DNA of 24,000 bases, from assembly GCF_007991515.1 (NCBI RefSeq), contig NZ_BJYM01000013.1, forward strand, positions 41,169 through 65,168, read 5' to 3'. Source of the stretch: Oceanobacillus sojae (lineage in GTDB: Bacteria > Bacillota > Bacilli > Bacillales > Amphibacillaceae). The number at the start of each line of letters is the position of its first letter. Position 1 is the first letter of the stretch. The translations under genes were made by a program, and so were the position numbers. The notes under the pieces are model-generated. The model saw only the letters and a program-made list of their open reading frames with translations. It had not been told where the DNA came from and searched no databases. Positions 15,471-23,249 of the stretch are shown here, piece by piece.

Positions 15471-16100
15471 TTAGTTACTAGTATACGTTTTAAAACCTTC
15501 TAACGCTTCATCCAACTCTTCTTCCGTTAATGGATTGACACTATTCAATACATGACTTCCATAGGAAAGTAATGCCAGCTCTTCAATTGCTTCCGCCCTT
15601 CTATAAGCATCAGCTAATGTATCTCCGACAGCTACAACTCCATGATTAGCTAACAATACACCGTTTGCATCTCCTAATGTCTCTACAGCATACCCGGCAA
15701 GCGATTCAGATCCATACCTGGCATATGGCGCAACAGAAACTTCTCTGCCAATATCTGCAATGACATAATGAACCGGAGGAATAGCTTTATGTGCACAAGC
15801 AAAAATAGTTGCATAAGTAGAATGCGTGTGAACAATCGCTTTTATTTCTTCTTTTTGTAAATAGATATTGGTATGCATTGGTGTTTCAGAGGATGGTTTA
15901 CGATTGCCCTCTATGACTTTTCCTGTTGTAAGATCTACTTTCAATACATCTTCCTCTGTCATTTCATTATAAGGAAGTGCAGAAGGTGTAATGTACATCA
16001 TATCTCCTTCTCTCACACTTACATTTCCAGCTGTCCCCACTACCAGTCCTGTTTCATAGCACTGCTTTGCTATTTTTACTATTTCATTTTGAATAGACAT
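15471..16100 (-). CDS. Class II aldolase/adducin-domain protein (FucA/AraD family), paralog 2
   Basis: The track ORF (to 16220) overlaps the upstream gene. The start MSIQNEIVK at 16100 is preceded by GAAGGAAGTGAG and follows the upstream stop at 16129. Motifs: GTAGNVSVR, ITPS, SSETPMH, VHTHS, ANHGVV. Confidence 0.88.
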   Translation of the reverse strand: MSIQNEIVKIAKQCYETGLVVGTAGNVSVREGDMMYITPSALPYNEMTEEDVLKVDLTTGKVIEGNRKPSSETPMHTNIYLQKEEIKAIVHTHSTYATIFACAHKAIPPVHYVIADIGREVSVAPYARYGSESLAGYAVETLGDANGVLLANHGVVAVGDTLADAYRRAEAIEELALLSYGSHVLNSVNPLTEEELDEALEGFKTYTSN

Positions 16101-16128
16101 AATTTCTCTCACTTCCTTCGCTTTTGTT

Positions 16129-16776
16129 TTATTCATCCAAATTATAATGATAATCCTTCTGAAAATCGATATTCTCGCCAACTTTTGAAAGAAGATACAT
16201 TTTGTAGGCAACATAAGCATTGTATTCTATTCTTTCAACCATATCGTATGCTTTTTCCAATGACTTATCTGCCACCACCAGACCATGTCTTTCTAATAAT
16301 AGTCCGGCAGGTATTTTATCTGCATCCCGTTCTGCAATTGTGTCTCTGACTAAAGCTGCTAATTCCGGAGAAGTTGCCGGCCGATAGTCTAAACATGGGA
16401 TATCACCGATTTTTTGAGTAGCTTCTGTAATATTTGGCATATCTTTCCCCATGCTTGCCCAAACCATAGATTCTTTTGCATGCGCATGAATAACACAGTT
16501 AATAGCAGGATTCTCTTCATAACAAGCCATGTGCATATTGATTTCTCTTGTCAGTCTTCCTTCACCCTCGATAATATTTAATTCCTTATCTACTACTAAA
16601 ATTTGAAATGGACTTAAATCACAGCGGTAGTTTTGAGACATTAAAGTAGGTGTCATAATAAAATGTTTATCACTAACCTTTAAACTGAGATTTCCACCGG
16701 CCGCATTCGTTTGAAATCTATCAAACATGGTCTTTACAATCTCACACATTTTCTTTCTCTCTTCTGAATATAGCAT
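16129..16776 (-). CDS. Class II aldolase/adducin-domain protein (FucA/AraD family), paralog 1
   Basis: 215 aa. Motifs: AAGGNLSLK, MTPT, TREINMH, IHAHA, ERHGLV. Its ATG overlaps the kinase stop by 1 nt (TAATG). Confidence 0.85.
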   Translation of the reverse strand: MLYSEERKKMCEIVKTMFDRFQTNAAGGNLSLKVSDKHFIMTPTLMSQNYRCDLSPFQILVVDKELNIIEGEGRLTREINMHMACYEENPAINCVIHAHAKESMVWASMGKDMPNITEATQKIGDIPCLDYRPATSPELAALVRDTIAERDADKIPAGLLLERHGLVVADKSLEKAYDMVERIEYNAYVAYKMYLLSKVGENIDFQKDYHYNLDE

Positions 16777-17696
16777 TATATCACCTCATGTATTTTTAAA
16801 TTATTTTCAATAAAATTAAAGTCTTCCTTATTAATTTGACAGCTGCTGTAATGCTGTACTTTGCTGGCAGAACAGAGAATTCCCCACTTAACCCTGTCTG
16901 AAATATCATATCCATTGGCAACACCATAAATATAACCGGTCACAAATGCGTCCCCTGCTCCTGTATCACTCTGAACCTCGACTTTAGGAGGGACAGCCTG
17001 ATAGAATGTGTTCTCGACTTTATACAATGCACCTTCAGAGCCTAAACTGCATACCGCATTTGGCACTTTTTCGCAAATACGGTTAAACTTTTGATGGATC
17101 GGCTCATCTCCAGGAAATAAATCATTCATCTCGTGCTTATTTGGTTTAATAAAATCTATCTTTTCCTCGATAGCTACAGTCAAGTACTCACCTGCCACAT
17201 CACATGCAACATAAGCATTTTGCTCTTTCAACAGGCGAATAAGATACCTGAAATCCTCAACAGAAAATCCTTGTGCCGGCTTTCCAACAACAGCAATATC
17301 CTCCGAATGAATGTTTTCTTTGATATATGAATACAGTTTTGCTTTATCGCTATCTGAAACCTTTAATCCTCTTTCTGTTATCATATAGCTGCCGCCGCTG
17401 TTATTAATCACAATAATACTTTCCCTGGTTCGTTGATCAGGTATGTTGATAAATTCATGATTCATGTGGTATTTATCAAAGATGGATACTAACTCTGCTT
17501 TGTTTAACTCTCCTGAAAATCCGGTGGCCCTATTAGGTGTATCTCCAAGCTGTTCCAATATAGCTGATACATGAGTTGGCTTTCCGCCAAGATCAACATA
17601 TCTTTCTTTGGTTATATTGTTTTTTTCAGGAGTCAGATCACCCTCAAGGTAAACAATTCTGTCTATTGCCGGATTTGGTGTAATTGTATAAATCAA
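16776..17696 (-). CDS. PfkB-family sugar-phosphate kinase (1-phosphofructokinase / tagatose-phosphate kinase subfamily)
   Basis: 306 aa, TTG start with RBS AAAGGAGGGA 6 nt upstream. The N-terminus MIYTITPNPAIDRIVYL is typical of FruK/LacC/TagK. C-terminal DTGAGDAFVTG motif. Divergent in the GGKG region (GGKPTHVS). Confidence 0.85.
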   Translation of the reverse strand: MIYTITPNPAIDRIVYLEGDLTPEKNNITKERYVDLGGKPTHVSAILEQLGDTPNRATGFSGELNKAELVSIFDKYHMNHEFINIPDQRTRESIIVINNSGGSYMITERGLKVSDSDKAKLYSYIKENIHSEDIAVVGKPAQGFSVEDFRYLIRLLKEQNAYVACDVAGEYLTVAIEEKIDFIKPNKHEMNDLFPGDEPIHQKFNRICEKVPNAVCSLGSEGALYKVENTFYQAVPPKVEVQSDTGAGDAFVTGYIYGVANGYDISDRVKWGILCSASKVQHYSSCQINKEDFNFIENNLKIHEVI

Positions 17697-17697
17697 A

Positions 17698-17925
17698 TTA
17701 TCCCTCCTTTCTTGCCAGCTTTTCTCTCATCTTCCCTAATCTATTTTTATATGCTGAGAATAAAATATCCTCTGCATATAACTTCACTAGAATGCTAATA
17801 ATAAAAGCCGTAACCCACATACTTAAATCTTTTGTGAAGAAACCAATTACCATTAGCAGAAACGCTAAGACAACCATAAAGGACCAAAACAGTTTCGATT
17901 TTAAAATAAAATTCAATGGTCTCAC
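17698..17925 (-). CDS. Small hypothetical membrane protein (75 aa, two hydrophobic helices)
   Basis: The ORF fills the whole gap between the repeat element and the kinase gene. It has two hydrophobic stretches (LFWSFMVVLAFLLMVIGFF, MWVTAFIISILV) and a basic tail. GTG start with a poor RBS, and no homology recognised. Confidence 0.4.
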   Translation of the reverse strand: MRPLNFILKSKLFWSFMVVLAFLLMVIGFFTKDLSMWVTAFIISILVKLYAEDILFSAYKNRLGKMREKLARKEG

Positions 17926-17944
17926 TCTTTCATGTTTATATTAT

Positions 17945-18096
17945 GGGTTCAAAAAGTCGGTAAATTAGAAGCAAGAAGATCAAGGCGACGTGGTTTTTAC
18001 GAACGGAGCGTATGCTTCCAAATACGTGAGTATCGGAAAGAACACGTCAACGCAGAGATTCGCCGCTTATCATTTGGTGACTTTTTGAACATCCTC
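17945..18096. mobile_element. MITE-like non-coding repeat, short copy (copy B), between the PTS IIC gene and the small ORF
   Basis: Perfect 12-bp terminal inverted repeat GTTCAAAAAGTC (17947..17958) / GACTTTTTGAAC (18079..18090), extending imperfectly to about 26 bp. Flanked by a perfect 9-bp direct repeat TTATATTAT (17936..17944 and 18097..18105). Shares internal blocks with the copy at 2971..3252. Confidence 0.65.
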
Positions 18097-18101
18097 TTAT
18101 A

Positions 18102-19454
18102 TTATTTTTCTGCTTCATTAAAATATTTTTCATTATCTCTCTTTCTTCCAAAATAGAATATGATGAACAGTCCAAGCCAGACGATGGCCCCTAAGATTCC
18201 CCACCATTCTCCAGCCATTGCATTCGCAAACACTAATTTAAATTCACCATTTTCAATTGTGCTCCATGTCAACATACTTCCGGCTTCTACATTTACCGAA
18301 CCCGTTTCATTTGCCAGCCTTGTTATATAAGGGGCAAAGTATGTGGAAATATATAAGAAAACAGGCGCTGTAATGACCCCGTATATAATGGATCTCACAA
18401 GGTTTCCTCTAGTCAGCAGGACTACTGCAACACATACTGAAAGGTTAACGATACCCCCAAACGGCAATACAGCATTTCCCGGTAATATGACGGAGAACAA
18501 CAGCAATACAGGGATAATAACGATTGCAGATACCCAAATTTCGTTCCTGCCCGCTAGAATCGGCCAATCTAAACCAATAAATATCTCTCTATCACCAAAA
18601 CGCCTCTTCATAAACTCTGAAATTGCGTCGGAAATAGGTGACAACGCTTGCATAAACAACTTAGAAACCATTGGAAATAAAGTTAAAGCTGTGGCAGCTT
18701 GAATACCTAAAACAAGTGAATCCTGTATTCCATAGTTTGCTGCCAGCCCCAATAAGAAGCCTATGAGACCACCCATAATGTGGTTTTCCGCAAATACGCC
18801 AAGCTTATCTCTTAATGCCTCTGCATCCATCTTTTTATTTAAGAAAGGTACTTTGTCCATTAATTTATCGATTGGATAAAGTAACGAAGCAATAATTGTC
18901 ATATGGTGTGGTACAGTAACTCCTGGTATTCCAGTAAGATCTTCTATTTCCTTTCCCCAGATGTCGCCGATCTTCAGCTCGATAATAACCTGGATGCTGG
19001 CAACAACGAAACCTAAAACCACGCTGCCGGAAAGAAACATAACCAAAATGGCAGTGAATATTTTTCCCCATACATTCCACATATCTACATTAAGTGTTTT
19101 AGTCAGTTTGAAGGCCAGCATAACAATATTAATCCCTACCGTAATTGGGAACATAAGAAATGCTAAAGGCCACGACCAAGTAATGGCTGCAGCTGTCGTC
19201 CATCCACCGTCAACGGCATTTAAATTAATACCTGTATTTTCAGCAAATGATTGCGCAGCAGGACTGATGGAAGCCAGCATAAAATCAACAACTAATGACA
19301 TACCTGAAAAGGCTACTCCAAAAATGATTGCTGCGCTTAATGCATCTTTAAACTTCATCCGCGCAATGAGTCCAATAACTAGCATAATTAAAGGGACAAA
19401 CACGGGAGCACCCATGTCTAAAATATATTCAACAATATTTTGCAAAAAGTCCAT
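18102..19454 (-). CDS. PTS EIIC component, galactitol family (GatC-like)
   Basis: 450 aa polytopic membrane protein, homologous along its length to 10521..11864. RBS GGAAGGAGAAG. Confidence 0.9.
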   Translation of the reverse strand: MDFLQNIVEYILDMGAPVFVPLIMLVIGLIARMKFKDALSAAIIFGVAFSGMSLVVDFMLASISPAAQSFAENTGINLNAVDGGWTTAAAITWSWPLAFLMFPITVGINIVMLAFKLTKTLNVDMWNVWGKIFTAILVMFLSGSVVLGFVVASIQVIIELKIGDIWGKEIEDLTGIPGVTVPHHMTIIASLLYPIDKLMDKVPFLNKKMDAEALRDKLGVFAENHIMGGLIGFLLGLAANYGIQDSLVLGIQAATALTLFPMVSKLFMQALSPISDAISEFMKRRFGDREIFIGLDWPILAGRNEIWVSAIVIIPVLLLFSVILPGNAVLPFGGIVNLSVCVAVVLLTRGNLVRSIIYGVITAPVFLYISTYFAPYITRLANETGSVNVEAGSMLTWSTIENGEFKLVFANAMAGEWWGILGAIVWLGLFIIFYFGRKRDNEKYFNEAEK

Positions 19455-19477
19455 CTGTCTTCTCCTTCCTTTACATT

Positions 19478-19756
19478 TTAATTTTTAAGGATTTGAATCA
19501 GCTTTTCTGTCTCTTCCTGAATCCCCATACCAGTCAGGAAAGCAATTCCGTTTAACATTGGAATATCATATTCTTTACCACCCTTTGTAATAGAGATATA
19601 GACATCCGCCGATTTAATATAGCTGTTTAGAGACTTAATATCGACTGCCTCAACATTTGCTTTGATTTTATTTTCATCTAAAATTCTTTTTACCTTTGAA
19701 GCTACTGTCTGACTTGTTGCTACACCACTTCCGCAAGCTACGATAACATTTTTCAT
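19478..19756 (-). CDS. PTS EIIB component, galactitol/lactose-type (GatB-like)
   Basis: 92 aa. MKNVIVACGSGVATS phospho-Cys motif. The GGAGG RBS is embedded in the end of the upstream IIA gene. Confidence 0.9.
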   Translation of the reverse strand: MKNVIVACGSGVATSQTVASKVKRILDENKIKANVEAVDIKSLNSYIKSADVYISITKGGKEYDIPMLNGIAFLTGMGIQEETEKLIQILKN

Positions 19757-19757
19757 T

Positions 19758-20231
19758 TTAATTTCCTCCTGTTAAAAAAGTATTTAGTTTTTTCTCAAGC
19801 TGTTTTGTATCTTTTTCCTCGAAAATTATTTTGGAGAACTCCTCTGTCTGGAAAAGCTCCATTAATGTTGAAAGCAATATCGTCTGGTTCTTTGGTTCTG
19901 TAATTCCAAGGAAGAAAATAAGCTTTACACTTAATTCCTCACTGGCATTTCCCATGTTTTGAAATTCCAGCTCATCCCGCAGTTGAACAAGGTAAATAAA
20001 AGGAGTTTTTACATGAACAGCATCCGTATGCGGGATAGCAATATTACAGTAATTTGTTCTTAAACCGGTAGGAAAACTACGCTCTCTTTGAATCAGGGCA
20101 TCCTGATAAGAACCTTTTACATATCCCTGTGACACTAGGTCCTGAGCTACCTCTTCAAAAAGCTTTTCCCTGCTTGGATAAGGGTGATTCAATTTCATTA
20201 ATCTGGAGCTAAATAAGCTCTTGAATTCCAT
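19758..20231 (-). CDS. PTS EIIA component, fructose/mannitol type 2
   Basis: The track ORF extends to 20303, but MEFKSLF at 20231 has RBS AAAGGAGA 7 nt upstream. Motif RERSFPTGL...NIAIPHTDAVHV. Confidence 0.88.
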   Translation of the reverse strand: MEFKSLFSSRLMKLNHPYPSREKLFEEVAQDLVSQGYVKGSYQDALIQRERSFPTGLRTNYCNIAIPHTDAVHVKTPFIYLVQLRDELEFQNMGNASEELSVKLIFFLGITEPKNQTILLSTLMELFQTEEFSKIIFEEKDTKQLEKKLNTFLTGGN

Positions 20232-22203
20232 CTTTGCATCTCCTTTCGATGAGCTTAAATGCGTCTTTATCGGTAGAATTATATAAAGTATCCATAAACT
20301 CAATATCCATAAAAAGACTATTTAACTGTAATAATTTTTTCACATGAGAGTTATCTTTATTAGGAGATAAACATAAAACACAAGTCTTTATCCTGGGATT
20401 GACCACAAGCTGAAAGTCTTCACAATATGCACCATCGTTATGATGTGCATGAGGCAAGTAGACTTCCGGACCAATCAGCATAGATTCATATTTCTGTTTG
20501 AAGATGTGCAAGGCTGCACCTGTATACGCAGGTGCAATGGATTCTCGTTCCTGCATTTTCTCCAAGCCAATTTGCGCCATTTCAAAAATATTATTCACGT
20601 GGACAATGCTGACCTGTTCCTGTCTTAAAATTGAATAGCTTGTATCTGTATTTTCTTTGTCATCCTGAAAGAAACGATGTGCTTTCTCCTTGATATCCTC
20701 AAACTTTTCTTCTGGTATGACGTCACGCAGAAAATTCATTAATTGTTTTGTTTTAATACTTGGATTGGCAACAATATGGTTCTCTACCTTATTGATAAAT
20801 TCTTTTCGCTTTTTTTCATCGAAAAGATTGACCATAACAAAAATTTTCTTATCTGTCTGAAGCGGAGCGGTAGTAAAAACAATATCGATATCTGGATTCT
20901 CCTGATAAAATCGCCGCTCGCTATATGTTCCCAGGAAATTGATATTTGGGAACATATCCTTCAGCTGTACATTCATTAATTCAGATATGGAGTGACCACT
21001 CTGACATACGACAATTGCTGTGACTTCTTTATTATTCTGATAAGCATCATTGTTGACCTGATACATATGTCCAAGCACAATCATAGAAAGGTAAACAATT
21101 TCAGCTTCACTAAGAGTTATCTTTTTATACTCATCTACAATTTCCTTAATTACTTCATAGACGGGATAATATCGATTAATAAAGTCCTTTTGTATAGGAT
21201 TTTCAAGGGTTAAACCCAATCGTTTCCTGATTAAAGCAGGGCTTAGATGCTGCATTAATTTTTTCTTAAATTGATTATCCTGGAAGTTGAATGCCAGCCT
21301 GTCCTCCAGCTTTTTAATAATAAAGAAAACAAATTCTTCTACTTCCGTTTCACTTGCGAGACTTGAATCCAGGTCAATTCGATTAGCTCCCAGGAAGATT
21401 AAAGATAAATAGGTCAAATCCTGCATTGATAAATTGGGATATTCCCAAAATAATTCTTGAATTTTTTTGAACTCACTCGTCTGATTCAATTCTTGATACT
21501 TAATAGACAGGCTCCATTCTTCTTTTATAACGCTTGCCCGTTTAATCATGATCAGAATAATATAGGGCAGCTTTGAAAGATATTCATCACTGAGCGTAAT
21601 GTTTATCTTTCTTTCGAGCTTTCTGATTCTTTCCGTGAGCAGAAAATATTCACCTTTGGCATGAATTGCTTTATCTTCTAAAAGACTCCTTCCGTTTGGA
21701 TATAAAAATAATCTGTCTATAATATTAATCAGCTCAGCTCGGATTCTGACTTCATCTCCCGCTAAATAAAAACCATCTTTTCTTGTGTATTGAATAGAAA
21801 TTCCATCATCTTTTATATCACTGTTAATTGCTTTGATATCATTCGTTAGAGTATTTTTGCTGGCCAAGCAATGATCTGATAGCTCTAATAAAGATAAATA
21901 TTCACTGTCATCCAGCGCAATCTTTAAAAATGCTATATCTCTCCTTACTTCTGGTTTGAATATTGGAGTCATTTCATCAATGGGAATATGATAATGACTG
22001 GCAATATTTTTACTGTGTTTGTGGGGAATATAGATAATTTCATCATTGCTTAAAATAATATCTTGATGGAATTGTGAATTGATTTTACTTTTCAGCTGCT
22101 TCAATTCTTCATAGGTTAAATTATAAGAAGTTAAAAGCTGTCGGATGCTGAGATGGTTCTCTTTTAACAAGTCACTTATAATTTGTTTCTCTGAGTACTT
22201 CAT
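20209..22203 (-). CDS. PRD-domain transcriptional activator of the MtlR/LicR/ManR type (HTH - PRD - EIIB-like - EIIA-like)
   Basis: About 664 aa from MKYSEKQII (RBS GGAGGTGG 7 nt upstream; the track starts 5 codons earlier). N-terminal HTH / Mga-like region. PRD segments with conserved His (LMQHLSPALIR, IVLGHMY). EIIB(Gat)-like AIVVCQSGHS and C-terminal EIIA(Mtl)-like YLPHAHH. Confidence 0.88.
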   Translation of the reverse strand: MKYSEKQIISDLLKENHLSIRQLLTSYNLTYEELKQLKSKINSQFHQDIILSNDEIIYIPHKHSKNIASHYHIPIDEMTPIFKPEVRRDIAFLKIALDDSEYLSLLELSDHCLASKNTLTNDIKAINSDIKDDGISIQYTRKDGFYLAGDEVRIRAELINIIDRLFLYPNGRSLLEDKAIHAKGEYFLLTERIRKLERKINITLSDEYLSKLPYIILIMIKRASVIKEEWSLSIKYQELNQTSEFKKIQELFWEYPNLSMQDLTYLSLIFLGANRIDLDSSLASETEVEEFVFFIIKKLEDRLAFNFQDNQFKKKLMQHLSPALIRKRLGLTLENPIQKDFINRYYPVYEVIKEIVDEYKKITLSEAEIVYLSMIVLGHMYQVNNDAYQNNKEVTAIVVCQSGHSISELMNVQLKDMFPNINFLGTYSERRFYQENPDIDIVFTTAPLQTDKKIFVMVNLFDEKKRKEFINKVENHIVANPSIKTKQLMNFLRDVIPEEKFEDIKEKAHRFFQDDKENTDTSYSILRQEQVSIVHVNNIFEMAQIGLEKMQERESIAPAYTGAALHIFKQKYESMLIGPEVYLPHAHHNDGAYCEDFQLVVNPRIKTCVLCLSPNKDNSHVKKLLQLNSLFMDIEFMDTLYNSTDKDAFKLIERRCKDGIQELI

Positions 22204-22509
22204 TCCGCCACCTCCCATTTGTGCACAACCTCATTATAAGACAGAATATTTCGCCATACGTGACTATTCATCACAACTTTGATTTTGGCTGTTTTATTTT
22301 TGTGATGAAGTCTGGACTTTTGTTTCTTCATAGAGAATAGCTTATTAGCTTCTGATGCCCTGTAATTATGCCAACTGAACTAGCAGATTGATAGCAGAGA
22401 TTTTTTTCACTCCATCTGGTTTCCATTCATGACTATAGCTCAGGTAAAGTAGTTCCCCACAAACATACAGGTTAGAAGAAAGCTCTACTTTCTTCCCTAC
22501 GCAAAAGAA

Positions 22510-22532
22510 AAACCGGGCAGCCCGCCCGGTTT
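22510..22532. terminator. GC-rich hairpin flanked by A- and T-runs (bidirectional-type terminator) with no adjacent intact gene
   Basis: AAACCGGGC (22510..22518) / GCCCGGTTT (22524..22532) with loop AGCCC. It is preceded by AAAAGAAAAA and followed by ATTTC. On the minus strand it would be followed by TTTTTCTTTTG. Confidence 0.6.
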
Positions 22533-22612
22533 ATTTCTAGTAATAATTTAATTGATAGCCTCATAGAAACCATAATGACTTATTCGGTATTTACTTTAAC
22601 CTAGTACTATAT

Positions 22613-22789
22613 AAAAATGATAAAGTAACGGAGCAGCAAGCAATTGCTTTAGAAAGAATTAGACACTTTGAGAAGTTCTTAAGTGAAATTGGTATGCCGA
22701 CAAATCTGTCACAATTAGATATTCCTGATGATAGATTTAACGAAATGGCAAAGAAATGTGTTGAATTTGGCCCAGTTGGCATCCTGTAA
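22613..22789 (+). pseudogene. C-terminal fragment of an iron-containing (group III) alcohol dehydrogenase
   Basis: The + frame reads KNDKVTEQQAIALERIRHFEKFLSEIGMPTNLSQLDIPDDRFNEMAKKCVEFGPVGIL*. This resembles the C-terminal helices of Fe-ADH/butanol dehydrogenases (..I..F...G.P..L..L.I.......A.K....G). There is no start codon, no RBS and no upstream catalytic domain. The frame opens just after a TAG at 22556. Confidence 0.5.
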
Positions 22790-23046
22790 TCTGCCTATTT
22801 TTTATCTTCCTTTCTAATAGAAGAATTATTTTTTACAAATAAGCTGCATCTAAAGTTGTGTATTGTAATTATACCAGTAAATAATGCGCTTACATAAAAT
22901 TGTGCTTCTAGTAACATTGTGTAATACAGATACTTGCAAAAACATTCTACTTTTCATTGCCAATGTTTTTTCTGTTAAACAACTCTTATCATTATTAATG
23001 TATAAAGTTATTCTTCATATTAACTTAGCATTACCCTGGATTATGA

Positions 23047-23074
23047 TTGACACTTTTCTCATTTTCAGTATAGA
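23047..23074 (+). promoter_or_regulatory. Candidate sigma-A-type promoter upstream of the transporter gene
   Basis: Perfect -35 TTGACA (23047..23052), a 16-nt spacer and a weak -10 TATAGA (23069..23074). It lies about 245 nt upstream of the start codon, so the assignment is tentative. Confidence 0.3.
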
Positions 23075-23249
23075 CCAGCATCTCTAGCTTAAATAATACA
23101 TTCCAAACTTAAAAATATATTAACTTCAACTTCTATATAGCAATAAAAGTGCTATAAAATACAATTTTTATTCGTTTTACATTATTAATTTTAATATTAT
23201 GATTAATAGTATGAATAATCTTTCATTTAGTAATCAGCTGAGCAACCTA

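Noticed and set aside
16101-16220. N-terminal 40-codon extension of the second aldolase ORF given in the track (start 16220)
   Set aside because: The extension overlaps the 3' end of the upstream aldolase gene and translates to low-complexity sequence (..RRIIIIIWMNK..). The internal ATG at 16100 has a good RBS and gives a canonical FucA-family N-terminus.
15873-16349. 158-aa + strand ORF
   Set aside because: It is antisense to both aldolase genes. The translation is Cys/Phe/His-rich with no motifs.
17932-18156. 74-aa + strand ORF (MFILWVQKVGKLEARRSRRRG...)
   Set aside because: It lies almost entirely within the MITE-like repeat and the antisense 3' end of the IIC gene. The homologous region of the other repeat copy is not open in the same frame.
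18343-19488. Several + strand ORFs (18343..18702, 18961..19488) and a minus-strand out-of-frame ORF (18865..19080)
   Set aside because: All lie inside the well-supported 450-aa PTS IIC gene, which has a strong RBS and a paralog in the window. They are shadow ORFs.
20232-20303. 24-codon upstream extension of the EIIA ORF, and the 5-codon MGGGG extension of the regulator (22204..22218)
   Set aside because: In both cases a downstream ATG has an optimally spaced strong Shine-Dalgarno. For the regulator, the MGGGG codons are the SD sequence (GGAGGTGG) itself.
22259-22275. CGTGA-N7-TCACA inverted repeat near the expected -35 of the regulator promoter, considered as a CRP-like or MtlR-type activator box
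   Set aside because: Only 4-5 bp per arm pair, the spacing does not fit the CRP/FNR N6 rule, and it does not extend as a palindrome. It cannot be told apart from chance without comparative data.
22306-22335. GGACTTTTGTTTCTTCATAGAG, which resembles the right terminus (GGACTTTTTGAATATCCTCTATA) of the MITE-like element
   Set aside because: Similarity is limited to about 9 bp plus a few scattered matches. There is no partner terminus and no internal blocks. It could be a decayed end, but this is not supportable.
22591-22782. 63-aa minus-strand ORF from the track
   Set aside because: It is antisense to the + strand frame that shows alcohol-dehydrogenase-like C-terminal sequence. Its own translation has no features or RBS.
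22884-23087. 67-aa + strand ORF in the AT-rich region upstream of the transporter
   Set aside because: It has no RBS, Leu/Ile/Phe-rich composition typical of random AT-rich frames, and it overlaps the candidate promoter.
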